Source: Vicinamibacterales bacterium
GTDB lineage: Bacteria > Acidobacteriota > Vicinamibacteria > Vicinamibacterales > 2-12-FULL-66-21
Direction of reading: 5' to 3'
DNA length: 64,000 bases
Assembly (NCBI GenBank): GCA_035463475.1
Contig: DATHTE010000133.1
Coordinates: forward strand, 3,056 to 67,055
The position numbers and the translations under genes were made by a program. Positions 1 to 8,613 of this stretch are shown here, piece by piece. The notes under the pieces were generated by a model that saw only the letters and a program-made list of their open reading frames with translations, had not been told where the DNA came from and did not search any database. Position 1 is the first letter of the stretch, and each line of letters opens with the position of its first letter.

Positions 1-179
1 CCGCGCAAACGGTCTTCTACCGTGACCCTCGCCCGTGGGACCGGCAAGCGCTGCGGGTCCAGCACGAGTCCACCCACCGTCGCAGTCGTCGTCTGCGCGA
101 GAGCGGCCGTGGTCGGTAGCGCCATCCATAGAATCAGTGGAGCAATCCATCCGGCAAGACGCACTAGGCGCGCGCGCAT
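1..179 (-). CDS. Partial CDS (N-terminus only, continues past the window start): secreted protein whose first domain looks carboxypeptidase-regulatory-like, as at the head of TonB-dependent-receptor-like proteins
   Basis: Own translation of the minus strand from the ATG at complement 179-177: MRARLVRLAGWIAPLILWMALPTTAALAQTTTATVGGLVLDPQRLPVPRARVTVEDRLR... This is a signal peptide ending ALAQ followed by a G-x-V-x-D ... A-x-V-x-V pattern. It is absent from the ORF track because it has no stop inside the window. Confidence 0.4.
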   Translation of the reverse strand, partial: MRARLVRLAGWIAPLILWMALPTTAALAQTTTATVGGLVLDPQRLPVPRARVTVEDRLR

Positions 180-389
180 ACAGTCCCCCTCTGCATCGCG
201 TCGGCGACGGGCGAAGTCGCTGAAGGGGCAGGAATGTACACCGCCAAAGATTGCCGCGACAATAATCGAAAAACATGAGCGCTGGTTTTGAGAGGTTGCG
301 GTTCCGCCAGCTCATCGTTACGCGCGCCGCTCAGGCGGACTCCGCCGTCGCAAGCTCCAGCCGACGGACTGCCAGCAGCATAATTCCCC

Positions 390-1283
390 ATGCCCGCCTC
401 ACGTCGCCGCGCCAGCCGCTTCGTCGCCCTCCTGCTGCTTGCGCCCATCACGCCAAACGCATCGCAGGAGCGCGCGCGCGAGCCGCTGACGGTCATGACC
501 TTCAACATCCGGTACGGCACCGCGGACGATGGGGAGAACCGCTGGAGTAGACGACGCGAGATGGTGTTCGAAGTCATCCGCCAGCAGGACCCGGACGTGC
601 TGGGTCTGCAGGAGGCGCTCGACGCACAGATCGATGAGATCATCGCAGCCCTCCCCGACTACGCCGTCGTCGGCGTGGGCCGGGACGATGGACGCGACGG
701 CGGAGAGTACTCGGCCATTCTGTATCGCAAGTCGCGGCTGCACGTCGCCGAGGCCGGGACGTTCTGGTTGTCGAGCACGCCTGCGGTGCCAGGCTCCGCC
801 TCGTGGGGCAATCGCATCCCGCGCATCTGCACGTGGGCGCGCTTCATCGATCGCGACGGGCACGCGTTCTGGCACTTCAACACGCACCTCGATCACGAGT
901 CGCAGCCATCGCGCGAGCGCAGCACGCTGTTGATTCGCGAGCGCGTCGAGGCGCGCACGTTCCGTGAAGATCCAGCCATCGTCACAGGGGACTTCAACGC
1001 GGGCGCGAAGAACCCCGCGCTCGCGACATTGATCGGCGCTGGCGCGGAGCCCGGGAGCCAGCCGGCGCCGTTTGTCGACACCTATCGCAAGGTCCACCCG
1101 GGCGAGCAGGATGTTGGCACCTACACGGCGTTCACGTTCGGAAGAACTGACGGCGAGAAAATCGATTTCGTGCTGGCGCCGCAGGGCAGCGAAATCCTGA
1201 ACGCCGACATCATCCGGTGGGGACGCAACAACAGGTACCCGTCCGATCACTTTCCCGTGGTCGCGCGCGTGCGGCTCCCGTAA
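390..1283 (+). CDS. Endonuclease/exonuclease/phosphatase (EEP) family protein, secreted
   Basis: 297-aa ORF with a signal-like N-terminus (RFVALLLLAPITPNASQ). EEP hallmarks are present: MTFNIRYG, DVLGLQEA, FNTHLDH, VTGDFN and a C-terminal SDHFPV. Confidence 0.85.
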   Translation: MPASRRRASRFVALLLLAPITPNASQERAREPLTVMTFNIRYGTADDGENRWSRRREMVFEVIRQQDPDVLGLQEALDAQIDEIIAALPDYAVVGVGRDDGRDGGEYSAILYRKSRLHVAEAGTFWLSSTPAVPGSASWGNRIPRICTWARFIDRDGHAFWHFNTHLDHESQPSRERSTLLIRERVEARTFREDPAIVTGDFNAGAKNPALATLIGAGAEPGSQPAPFVDTYRKVHPGEQDVGTYTAFTFGRTDGEKIDFVLAPQGSEILNADIIRWGRNNRYPSDHFPVVARVRLP

Positions 1284-1421
1284 ACGCAGAAATGGCGACC
1301 GGCAGCAGGTGCACAGCCTGCAGTTTCTGCAACGCGTTCATGGCGATCGCCCTATTTGCGACGACCTGACGACGGCACGCCTCTCGCTATCTGGACGATG
1401 CTACGATTCGCGAGGACGGGC

Positions 1422-1835
1422 ATGGCAGACGAGGGGCTGGAACGGAGGATCGACAACCTGGCTGTGGAGATGAGGCTAGGGTTCCAGCGGGTGGATGCCC
1501 GCTTCGAGCAGGTGGACCACCGCTTCGAGCAGGTGGACCACCGCTTCGAGCAGATGGACCGACGCTTCGTGCGGGACGATGAGCGATTCGAGAGCCTTCT
1601 GCGGAAGATTGACCACGATTTCGAGGCATTCGCCGCCCGGATTGAGCACCGATTCCAGGTGATTGTCGAGAGACTGGAGGCGAAGTTCGAACTGCTGATT
1701 GACTGGATTCAGGAACAGAAGCGCCGCCTCGACTCGCATGAGATCAGGAACGCGGAAGAGCACCGCCTGATGCAGGCTCAAATCGACGATCTCAACGCGC
1801 GGCTGCCGCGGCCGCGGCGGCGAAAGCCGTCGTAG
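1422..1835 (+). CDS. Hypothetical coiled-coil protein with repeated (D/H)RFEQ(V/M)D heptads
   Basis: The ATG at 1422 is preceded by GAGGA (1412-1416). Translation: MADEGLERRIDNLAVEMRLGFQRVDARFEQVDHRFEQVDHRFEQMDRRF... The sequence is helical and charged and has no enzymatic motif. The ORF track extends to a TTG at 1356. Confidence 0.6.
   Translation: MADEGLERRIDNLAVEMRLGFQRVDARFEQVDHRFEQVDHRFEQMDRRFVRDDERFESLLRKIDHDFEAFAARIEHRFQVIVERLEAKFELLIDWIQEQKRRLDSHEIRNAEEHRLMQAQIDDLNARLPRPRRRKPS
1500..1562 (+). repeat. In-frame 21-bp tandem repeat (3 copies, then degenerating copies)
   Basis: CGCTTCGAGCAGGTGGACCAC occurs at 1500-1520 and 1521-1541, and CGCTTCGAGCAGATGGACCGA at 1542-1562. These encode the RFEQVDH repeats. 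Confidence 0.9.
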
Positions 1836-1910
1836 GAGGCTCGTCCTCGGCGCTGGAGCATCCCGACGGGAACTCGCGCGAGATCCGCGGCGGGCGACGC
1901 GGCGCCTCGG

Positions 1911-2261
1911 TCAGTGCCCTCCGAACACCACGTAGCCCTTCTGCCGCAGCTCCTGGGCGAGCTGCTTCTCCATCTGCACCGCGTCGCGATACGTCATCGG
2001 GTTCAGGTGGGCGTACAGCTTCGGCACGAGCCGCTCGCCGAAGCGCTTCACGAAGCGTGACGCCTTGACGCCGTTTTTGTGCTTTTTGAACCGCTCTTCG
2101 GGCGAGAGGCCGGTCATGCCCACGTAGTAGCCGGCCCGCCCGTCGCCCCTCGGGTTGCGCAGGTACACAACGTAGACAGAATGGTGCGGGCGGCCCGCCA
2201 TGGCAGATGTTTCGGCGGGAGCCTGTCTGGAGGACATAGCGGCGGCGACCTTCGCTCTCAC
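1911..2261 (-). CDS. Small GIY-YIG-like nuclease-domain protein
   Basis: 116-aa ORF. The stretch SVYVVYL...GYYVGMT...RFKKH...QMEKQL fits the GIY-(10-11 aa)-YVG plus downstream R/H/E layout of GIY-YIG modules. The true start may be the internal ATG at complement 2201 (MAGRPHHSVYVV). Confidence 0.55.
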   Translation of the reverse strand: MRAKVAAAMSSRQAPAETSAMAGRPHHSVYVVYLRNPRGDGRAGYYVGMTGLSPEERFKKHKNGVKASRFVKRFGERLVPKLYAHLNPMTYRDAVQMEKQLAQELRQKGYVVFGGH

Positions 2262-2427
2262 GGTTCATCCCTGTGCCGACGCCTTTGGCGTTGGCGCCTC
2301 AGGCATTCATCCCTGCTTTTCGCCCATTCGGCATTGACGCCTTCGGCCTGCGGCCTCTGGCATTGGGCATTAACACCTGCAGGCGAAAGATGGAGTACGC
2401 TTGGAACGTTGCTCCTTGGAGGCTCCC

Positions 2428-5217
2428 ATGCGTGTGAGTCGCGCATCCGGCGCGTTGATTGTCTTGTTCGTTGCGCTCGCCATCACGGCGAGCGCGCAGG
2501 AGAAACCGGCCCCGGCGGGGAGCGCAGCGCGCACTCCCGCCGCCGCTCCTGTCCCCGACATCCCCTACACGAAGTTCGTGCTGAAGAACGGCCTGACGTT
2601 GCTCGTGCACGAGGACCACAAGGCGCCCATCGTCGCCGTGAACGTCTGGTATCACGTCGGCTCAAAGAACGAGAAGCCGGGCAAGACCGGGTTCGCGCAC
2701 CTGTTCGAGCACCTGATGTTCAACGGGAGCGAGCACTTCAACGACGACTACTTCAAGGCCGTTGAGCCGGTCGGCGCGACCGACCTGAACGGGACGACGA
2801 ACGAAGACCGCACCAACTACTTCCAGAACGTGCCGGTCTCCGCGCTCGATCGCATCCTGTGGCTCGAGTCCGATCGCATGGGCCATCTGCTCGGCGTCGT
2901 CACGCAGGCGCGCCTGGACGAGCAGCGCGGTGTCGTGCAGAACGAGAAGCGGCAAAGCGAGAACGAGCCGTACGGGAAGAGTTGGATCACAATCGCCGAG
3001 AATACGTTCCCGCAGGGGCATCCGTATTCGTGGTCCGTCATCGGATCGATGGAGGACCTCAGCGCCGCGTCGCTCGAAGATGTGAAGGAGTGGTTCAGGA
3101 CGTACTACGGACCGTCGAACGCCACGATCGTACTCGCGGGCGACATCGATCCCGAGACCGCTCGCCAGAAGGTCGAGCGCCACTTCGGCGGCATCCCGCC
3201 GGGCCCGCCCGTGATCGAGCAGGACACGTGGATCGCCCGCCCGACCGGCCCACACCGGCAGCGGATGCAGGACCGCGTCCCGCAGGCGCGGATCTACAAG
3301 GTGTGGAACGTTCCGCCGTTCGGATCGAAGGAAGCGACGCAGTTGTCGCTCGTGGGCGAGCTCCTGGCGGGCGGTCGATCGTCGCGCCTCTACAAGCGGC
3401 TCGTCTACAAAGACCGCATCGCGACAGACGTCAACATGTACTTCGACGACCGGGAGATCGCGAGCCAGCTCTATCTGCTCGCGTCAGCGCAGCCTGGCGG
3501 CGACCTCCGCGCGGTGGAGCGCGCGCTCGACGAGGAGCTGGCCAAGCTGATCGCGTCTGGGCCGACGGCGGAGGAACTGGAACGGGTCAAGACGGAATAC
3601 CGGGCGAACTTCGTGCGGGGCGTCGAGCGCATCGGCGGGTTCGGCGGGAAGTCTGACGTGCTCGCAAGAGGGCAGGTCTATCTGGGAAACCCCGACGCGT
3701 ACAGGGATCAGTTGACGTTCGTGCAGGATGCGACCGCCGCGTCGCTCCAGGCGCTCGCGAAGGAATGGCTCGACGACCGCGCGTACGTGCTCGAAGTGGA
3801 GCCGTTCCCCCCGCTGACGACCACGACGACCAACGTGGATCGCAGCAAGCTGCCGGAAGTGGGTCCGCCGCCGAGCGCGCCGCTGCCCGCCTTCGAGCGC
3901 GCAACGCTGTCAAACGGGTTGAAGGTGCTGCTCGTGCGCCGCACGGCTGTGCCGGTGGTGCAGCTCTCGATGCTGCTGGACGCGGGGTTTGCCGCAGACG
4001 ATCCCGACGCGCCTGGCGTGTCGAGCATGGCGATGGCGATGCTGCCCGAGGGCACGACGAAGCGATCCGCGCTGGAGATCGCCGATGAAGCTGCCTCGCT
4101 CGGCGCCCAGCTCTCCTCCACGGCCAGGCTCGACGTCTGCCAGGTCGGCGTGTCGGTCCTTCGGGACAAGCTCGATCCGGCGCTCGACCTCTACTCGGAT
4201 CTCGTGCTGCGCCCGACGTTCCCCGAAACGGAGCTCACGCGCGTCAAGCGAAACCGGCTCGCGCGGATCCAGCAGGAAAAGGTGCAGCCCTTCTCGATGG
4301 CGCTGCGCGTGCTGCCCGGCCTGCTGTACGGCGCGGACCACGCCTACGGCCAGCCGCTGACCGGAACGGGAACGGAAGCGTCCGTGAAAGCCATGACGCG
4401 CGAGGACCTGGCCCGCTTCCACTCCACTTGGTTCAAGCCGAACCACGCCACGCTCATCGCCGTGGGCGACGTCACGCTCGCTGAGCTCACGCCGAAGCTC
4501 GAGAAGGCGTTCGGCGCGTGGAAGCAGGGGGACGTGCCGAAGAAGAACATCGCGGCCGTATCGCCCCGCAGCGGCAATGCCGTCTACATCCTCGACCGTC
4601 CGGGAGCCGAACAGTCGGTGATCCTCGTGGGCACCGTGATCACGCCGAAGTCGAACCCGGACGAGTTCGCGTTCCAGATGTTCAACGAGGCGTTCGGCGG
4701 CGCGTTCACCTCGCGCGTGAACATGAACCTCCGCGAGGACAAGCACTGGTCGTACGGCGCGGGCAGCGTGGCGTTCGACGCGCGCGGACAGCGCCCGTGG
4801 ATCATGTACGCGCCGGTGCAGACCGACAAGACGAAGGAATCGATGCAGGAGCTGGTGAAGGAGCTGCGCGACGTCACCGGCGGTCGTCCGCTTTCGGCGC
4901 AGGAACTGACCGAGGCGAAGGACCGTCAGACGCGAACGCTCGCGGGGCGATGGGAAACGGGACGCGCGATCGGCGGCGCGATCGAGGAAATCGTGACCTT
5001 CGGCCTGCCGGAGGACTACTACCAGACGTTCGCCGAGAAGGTGCACGCCGTGACGGTGCCCGACGTGACGAAGGCCCTCGCGAAAACGGTAGTGCCCGAC
5101 CGCACCGTGTGGGTGGTGATCGGCGATCGCGCGAAGATCGAAGCCGGCGTCCGCGAGCTGAAGCTCGGCGAAGTGCGCGCGCTCGACGCCGACGGCAAGC
5201 CGCTGGGAACGATGTAG
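2428..5217 (+). CDS. M16 (pitrilysin/insulinase) family zinc peptidase, double-unit PqqL-like, secreted
   Basis: GGAGG at 2418-2422 lies 5 nt before the ATG at 2428. There is a signal peptide (ALIVLFVALAITASAQ) and the inverted zinc motif HLFEHLMFNGSEH (HxxEH). The length of about 929 aa equals two M16 halves. Confidence 0.9.
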   Translation: MRVSRASGALIVLFVALAITASAQEKPAPAGSAARTPAAAPVPDIPYTKFVLKNGLTLLVHEDHKAPIVAVNVWYHVGSKNEKPGKTGFAHLFEHLMFNGSEHFNDDYFKAVEPVGATDLNGTTNEDRTNYFQNVPVSALDRILWLESDRMGHLLGVVTQARLDEQRGVVQNEKRQSENEPYGKSWITIAENTFPQGHPYSWSVIGSMEDLSAASLEDVKEWFRTYYGPSNATIVLAGDIDPETARQKVERHFGGIPPGPPVIEQDTWIARPTGPHRQRMQDRVPQARIYKVWNVPPFGSKEATQLSLVGELLAGGRSSRLYKRLVYKDRIATDVNMYFDDREIASQLYLLASAQPGGDLRAVERALDEELAKLIASGPTAEELERVKTEYRANFVRGVERIGGFGGKSDVLARGQVYLGNPDAYRDQLTFVQDATAASLQALAKEWLDDRAYVLEVEPFPPLTTTTTNVDRSKLPEVGPPPSAPLPAFERATLSNGLKVLLVRRTAVPVVQLSMLLDAGFAADDPDAPGVSSMAMAMLPEGTTKRSALEIADEAASLGAQLSSTARLDVCQVGVSVLRDKLDPALDLYSDLVLRPTFPETELTRVKRNRLARIQQEKVQPFSMALRVLPGLLYGADHAYGQPLTGTGTEASVKAMTREDLARFHSTWFKPNHATLIAVGDVTLAELTPKLEKAFGAWKQGDVPKKNIAAVSPRSGNAVYILDRPGAEQSVILVGTVITPKSNPDEFAFQMFNEAFGGAFTSRVNMNLREDKHWSYGAGSVAFDARGQRPWIMYAPVQTDKTKESMQELVKELRDVTGGRPLSAQELTEAKDRQTRTLAGRWETGRAIGGAIEEIVTFGLPEDYYQTFAEKVHAVTVPDVTKALAKTVVPDRTVWVVIGDRAKIEAGVRELKLGEVRALDADGKPLGTM

Positions 5218-5225
5218 TGGACGAT

Positions 5226-5275
5226 GGGGCCTGGCACCGATTGTCCTCGACGAAGGACAATTGGTGACAGGCCCC
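5226..5275. terminator. Long imperfect hairpin between convergent genes (bidirectional terminator-like; member of the GGGG..C..CACC palindromic element family)
   Basis: GGGGCCTGGCACCGATTGTCCT (5226-5247), loop cgacga, AGGACAATTGGTGACAGGCCCC (5254-5275). There are 20 of 22 pairs by my count. It sits between the M16 stop (5217) and the arginase-family stop (5288). Confidence 0.6.
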
Positions 5276-5287
5276 GTGGAAACTGCC

Positions 5288-6280
5288 TCACCGCCGCGCT
5301 TTCACGCCCCTCACCGCCGCCACGATCATCCGGTTCACCGCGGCCAGCGACAGCTTCCCTTCGTCCTTCGCCGGAATCGTCGCGAAGCCGATGCCGGAGA
5401 CCTTCGGATACCTGGCGCAGATCGTCTCGAACACCCTCGCGAGCTGCTCGCTCGAGGGCCCGTTCGGGACCTTGTTCCCGTGCCCCTCGACCTCCGCGGG
5501 ATCGAGCACGTCCATGTCCACGTGCAGGTAGATCTTGTCGGTGAGCTGCGTCAGCCGATCCATCTGCCGGATCACCCCATCGGACATCGTCCGCAGAGCG
5601 TCGACACTGAGCTGCTGGATCTCGGACTTGTCGATGATCTCCTGCTCCAGCGGGTCGTTCAGGCGCACGCCGCCCATCACGATGTGCCGGTCGGAGAGCG
5701 GTGGATCGAGGCCGGCGTCCAGGCGCATGCGCGTGAGGCAGCGGCCTGTCGCCACCGCAACCGGCATCCCGCCAAGTGATCCGCTCCTCGTGGTCTCTGG
5801 CGTGTTGATGTCTGCGTGCGCGTCGAGCCAGAGCATCCCCACCTTGAGCGGCTCCCGCGTCGGCCCGGATCGCTGAAAGCCGGCCACCATGCCGGGCATC
5901 GACGGGCACGTGCCGAGGAGTCCAACCGTGAAGTATCCGTCGCGCTCGTTCGCCGCAACCGTGCGTCCCAGGTGACCGAGGGCGAAGGCAAGCCGCTTCC
6001 AGCCGCCGTACTCCGTCTCTTCGTCCGTGGTGAGCGCGATCTCGCTGACGCGGACGAGGGCTCCCAGCTCTTTCAGCTGCTCCTGTATCCCGCCATTCGC
6101 CATCGTCCGCGGGCCTTGTGACGTGCCGTTCGGCACGAACGGCTGCATCACGAGCCCGACCCTGGCGCGGCCTGCAGGGTCGATGTACTTCGTCGGTTGC
6201 GCGTGCGGCGACGCAATCGTGGCCGCGAAAAGCCCGAGGACTGCCCGTAGCCACCAAGCCGCGGGCCGCGCTGCGTTCAT
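5288..6280 (-). CDS. Arginase/ureohydrolase-family protein with signal peptide
   Basis: The internal ATG at complement 6280 gives MNAARPAAWWLRAVLGLFAATIASPHAQ (signal). The motifs LDAHADINTP (DAHxD) and HVDMDVLDP (DxDxxDP) are present. The first GGDHS-type motif appears replaced by LLGTCPS. Confidence 0.8.
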   Translation of the reverse strand: MNAARPAAWWLRAVLGLFAATIASPHAQPTKYIDPAGRARVGLVMQPFVPNGTSQGPRTMANGGIQEQLKELGALVRVSEIALTTDEETEYGGWKRLAFALGHLGRTVAANERDGYFTVGLLGTCPSMPGMVAGFQRSGPTREPLKVGMLWLDAHADINTPETTRSGSLGGMPVAVATGRCLTRMRLDAGLDPPLSDRHIVMGGVRLNDPLEQEIIDKSEIQQLSVDALRTMSDGVIRQMDRLTQLTDKIYLHVDMDVLDPAEVEGHGNKVPNGPSSEQLARVFETICARYPKVSGIGFATIPAKDEGKLSLAAVNRMIVAAVRGVKARR

Positions 6281-6324
6281 CGTGTTCTTTCCATCCTGAA
6301 GCCTGAAGCCCGTCGGTGTTCGGC

Positions 6325-6906
6325 TCACTTCGGCGGAATCGCGCCCCCTGCCGGCCAGTCCGTATCGCCAACCCGCGTAAGCGTCATCTCGAAGAACCGG
6401 ACCGGCTCGCGACCAGGTGCGATGCGGTCCCCGACCTCGTGCCACGTGCCGTTCTTCACCGTTGCGGTGTAGCGGATTGTCATCGGGCCAGCCGGAATCT
6501 CCCACGAGAATCCGTCGGCTTTCACCGTCACCGGAAAATCGCCGGAACGGCCCTGCGCGTACGAGCGCATGCTGTACGCCTGCTTGTCCGGATCGTACGA
6601 GATGATCGCGAGCGCGTTGAAGCTCACCGTGCCGTCCGCCTCGTACCCGCGCCCTTCGATGACCTTGACCGACCCGTCCAGGAACGGCCCAATCCGCTCG
6701 GTCTGGGTCATGGTGTGCTTCCCCGTCTGGGTGTTCATGGATGCCGGCCCTCGCCAGGTGCCGTCCAGGAACGCGAGCCTGGCCATCGCTTCCTTCTGGG
6801 CCGCGATGCGTGGCTTCGGATCGGGAGGCGCCTGGGCGTCGAGCGACGATGAGGCGAAGACGGCCACCACCGCGGCCGCTGTCAGCAGAAGTCGGGTTGT
6901 GAACAT
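6325..6906 (-). CDS. Secreted hypothetical protein (DUF1579-like by recollection)
   Basis: The ATG at complement 6906 gives MFTTRLLLTAAAVVAVFASSSLDAQ (signal), followed by LAFLDGTWRGPA... The protein is beta-rich and about 190 aa. The family call is from memory only. Confidence 0.5.
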   Translation of the reverse strand: MFTTRLLLTAAAVVAVFASSSLDAQAPPDPKPRIAAQKEAMARLAFLDGTWRGPASMNTQTGKHTMTQTERIGPFLDGSVKVIEGRGYEADGTVSFNALAIISYDPDKQAYSMRSYAQGRSGDFPVTVKADGFSWEIPAGPMTIRYTATVKNGTWHEVGDRIAPGREPVRFFEMTLTRVGDTDWPAGGAIPPK

Positions 6907-7275
6907 GGCGGGGAGTCTACAACGACCGGCAACCCTGGAGATGGAATCCGGTGCCTGAACGCCATCGAGCGAAATGAGCGGAGCCACCATGCGCCTTACA
7001 GCAAGTGCGGTACTGTGTGCGTTTCTGTTGGTGTTCGACCCGCGCGGCCTCGCGTGCGCGCAGTCGGGAAATCAGCCGCCGGCGCTGCTCCAGCGATCTC
7101 GTTGATATCTCTCCAGACTTCTACAGCTACACGAACGAGTACTACGTCGCCGACGCGCTCGCCGACTTCGACACGGCCACCAGTACCGGTCGAGTCGTGT
7201 GGCAACGACACCACCGTTACCTCCGCCTGGCGTTCAACAACATGCTTGCAATCCTGCGGCCGTTCGAAGCAACGT

Positions 7276-7630
7276 CTTCCCGGAAATTTGCCCATGGTGC
7301 GCGCGCTCTTCATCGAGTACCCGGAAGATGCAGGCTCCTGGAAACACCATCGCCGCGGGACCGATTCCGTTGGTACTCGTTCGCGATGGCGCCGCGATTC
7401 CGCACATCGCGCTGGCGCCATCCACGTCGCAGATGGACTGGTCGAAGCTCGAGCTCGTCGTGTTCGCCGCGACGGCGCAGGCGGCGGACGCACTCGTCTA
7501 CCTGCCATCGCGTCAGGCGCTGCAGCGGCTCTCGCTGACGCGAAGAGGCGGACGCTTCGGGCTGGCCAACGATCCGTTCCGCGGTTCGGTGTCGTGGACG
7601 ATCCGCGGGTATGCCGATGCGAGGCGGTAG
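7276..7630 (+). pseudogene. Decayed C-terminal remnant of a GH31-type glycoside hydrolase (frameshifted and internally deleted)
   Basis: One frame reads LPGNLPMVRALFIEYPEDAGSW (compare E. coli YicI GTPMMRAMMMEFPDDPA). Another frame reads GPIPLVLVRDGAAIPHIALAPSTSQMDWSKLELVVF (compare YicI LSLPVYVRDNTLLALG...). The two pieces are about 20 codons apart instead of about 60 or more, and no catalytic core is present. Confidence 0.5.
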
Positions 7631-7708
7631 TGAGGATCGGAACGCAGATTCGGATTCACCGTTCTTCGGCGTCCTCGTTCAATGTTCTGGGTTGCGAAGG
7701 GCGGGGCA

Positions 7709-7736
7709 CTCCGGGCGGACTGTCGTCCGCCCGGAG
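7709..7736. terminator. 12-bp perfect hairpin between convergent units
   Basis: CTCCGGGCGGAC tgtc GTCCGCCCGGAG. It lies between the GH31 remnant end (7630) and the stop of the 7752-8408 gene. Confidence 0.6.
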
Positions 7737-7751
7737 CACTTCTCAAAGCCC

Positions 7752-8408
7752 TTACTCGTCGATCCGGATCGTCAGAGGCTGGGTGAGCCGCACCGCGAGC
7801 ACCGCGCCCCGTCCCACTCGCACGTCCCGGCCGCGCGTCGTCAGGACGACTGCCGTTCCTGCGCCGCCTCCAACTGCCGCGCCGATGCCCGCACCCTTCT
7901 TGCCGTCCACAAGCGCGCCAACGATGGCGCCGCCCGCGGCGGGAATGCCGATCGTCGCCGCGTCTTTCTTCTTGCTGGCAGGAGCGACTGCCACCCACGG
8001 ACGCGTGCGCATCGTGTAGGCCTCGGAGTCATTTGCGGGCACGACACGCGTAAAACGGACCGCCACGCGTCCGCGTCCTTTTACCTTCCCCGGCCGCCTG
8101 GCGTCCGACACGTAGCCGGACACGCGGCTCCCGGCGGGTAGAACAGTGCGCCCGCCGATGACGATGCTGCGCGCGAGCGTCGCGCTGACCGGATCTTCCA
8201 CGCGCGAGAAGTCAGATCCGAACCCGCGCGTCACGCGAAGGCGCAGCACGGTGCCGGCTGGAATCGTCACCTCGCGCTCGAATCTCTCGACCTGCGACGA
8301 AGACGATGAGGACGCCGCTCTCGGGGCCGCAGCGTGAAACGGTGCGCTCAACGCCACAATTGCCCCGGAAAGCGCCGCCGTCCGAACGATGGGTCTCATC
8401 ATGGCCAT
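7752..8408 (-). CDS. Secreted hypothetical protein with C-terminal glycine-zipper segment
   Basis: The ATG at complement 8408 gives MAMMRPIVRTAALSGAIVALSAPFHAAA (signal). IPAGTVLRLRV...VLPAGSRVSGYV are beta-sandwich-like repeats. GIPAAGGAIVGALVDGKKGAGIGAAVGGGAGTAVV is the glycine zipper. Confidence 0.6.
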   Translation of the reverse strand: MAMMRPIVRTAALSGAIVALSAPFHAAAPRAASSSSSSQVERFEREVTIPAGTVLRLRVTRGFGSDFSRVEDPVSATLARSIVIGGRTVLPAGSRVSGYVSDARRPGKVKGRGRVAVRFTRVVPANDSEAYTMRTRPWVAVAPASKKKDAATIGIPAAGGAIVGALVDGKKGAGIGAAVGGGAGTAVVLTTRGRDVRVGRGAVLAVRLTQPLTIRIDE

Positions 8409-8613
8409 CCTCCTGACGGGCGGAGGGGCAAGAGAGGTACCGCGGCGTGCGTGGATGGGGTGGTTGCCAGAAGTCATTTGTTCACCGCATTTGCGGACCG
8501 ACGGCGAACGCGAACGGTGTCTGTACGGTTGTGCTTGCGGTGGGATCCCGACTTGAAAAGCGGACACCCGAGCAGCAGCGTGCGCTGGGGTGGGCTCCTG
8601 CTGCCGTCCTCTC

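Noticed and set aside
399-1250. Long antisense or out-of-frame ORFs throughout the track (for example 399-1250 minus, 3910-5046 minus, 9376-11445 plus, 19357-20574 minus, 26620-28242 plus, 43244-44794 plus, 54014-55603 plus, 58422-60593 plus, 60650-62791 plus)
   Set aside because: They overlap genes with clear family motifs on the other strand or frame. Their translations are Arg/Ala/Pro/Gly-rich with no motifs, the typical shadow ORFs of high-GC DNA.
2302-2371. GGCATT heptamer pairs (GGCATTC GGCATTG at 18144-18157; CCCATTC GGCATTG at 2323-2336; GGCATTG GGCATTA at 2359-2372) sharing the 12-mer CATTCGGCATTG, considered as a common operator
   Set aside because: An exact 12-mer shared by two sites is expected many times by chance in a 64-kb window when all position pairs and both strands are considered. 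The local clustering of GGCATT upstream of the M16 peptidase gene may still be real, but I cannot support a shared regulatory site.
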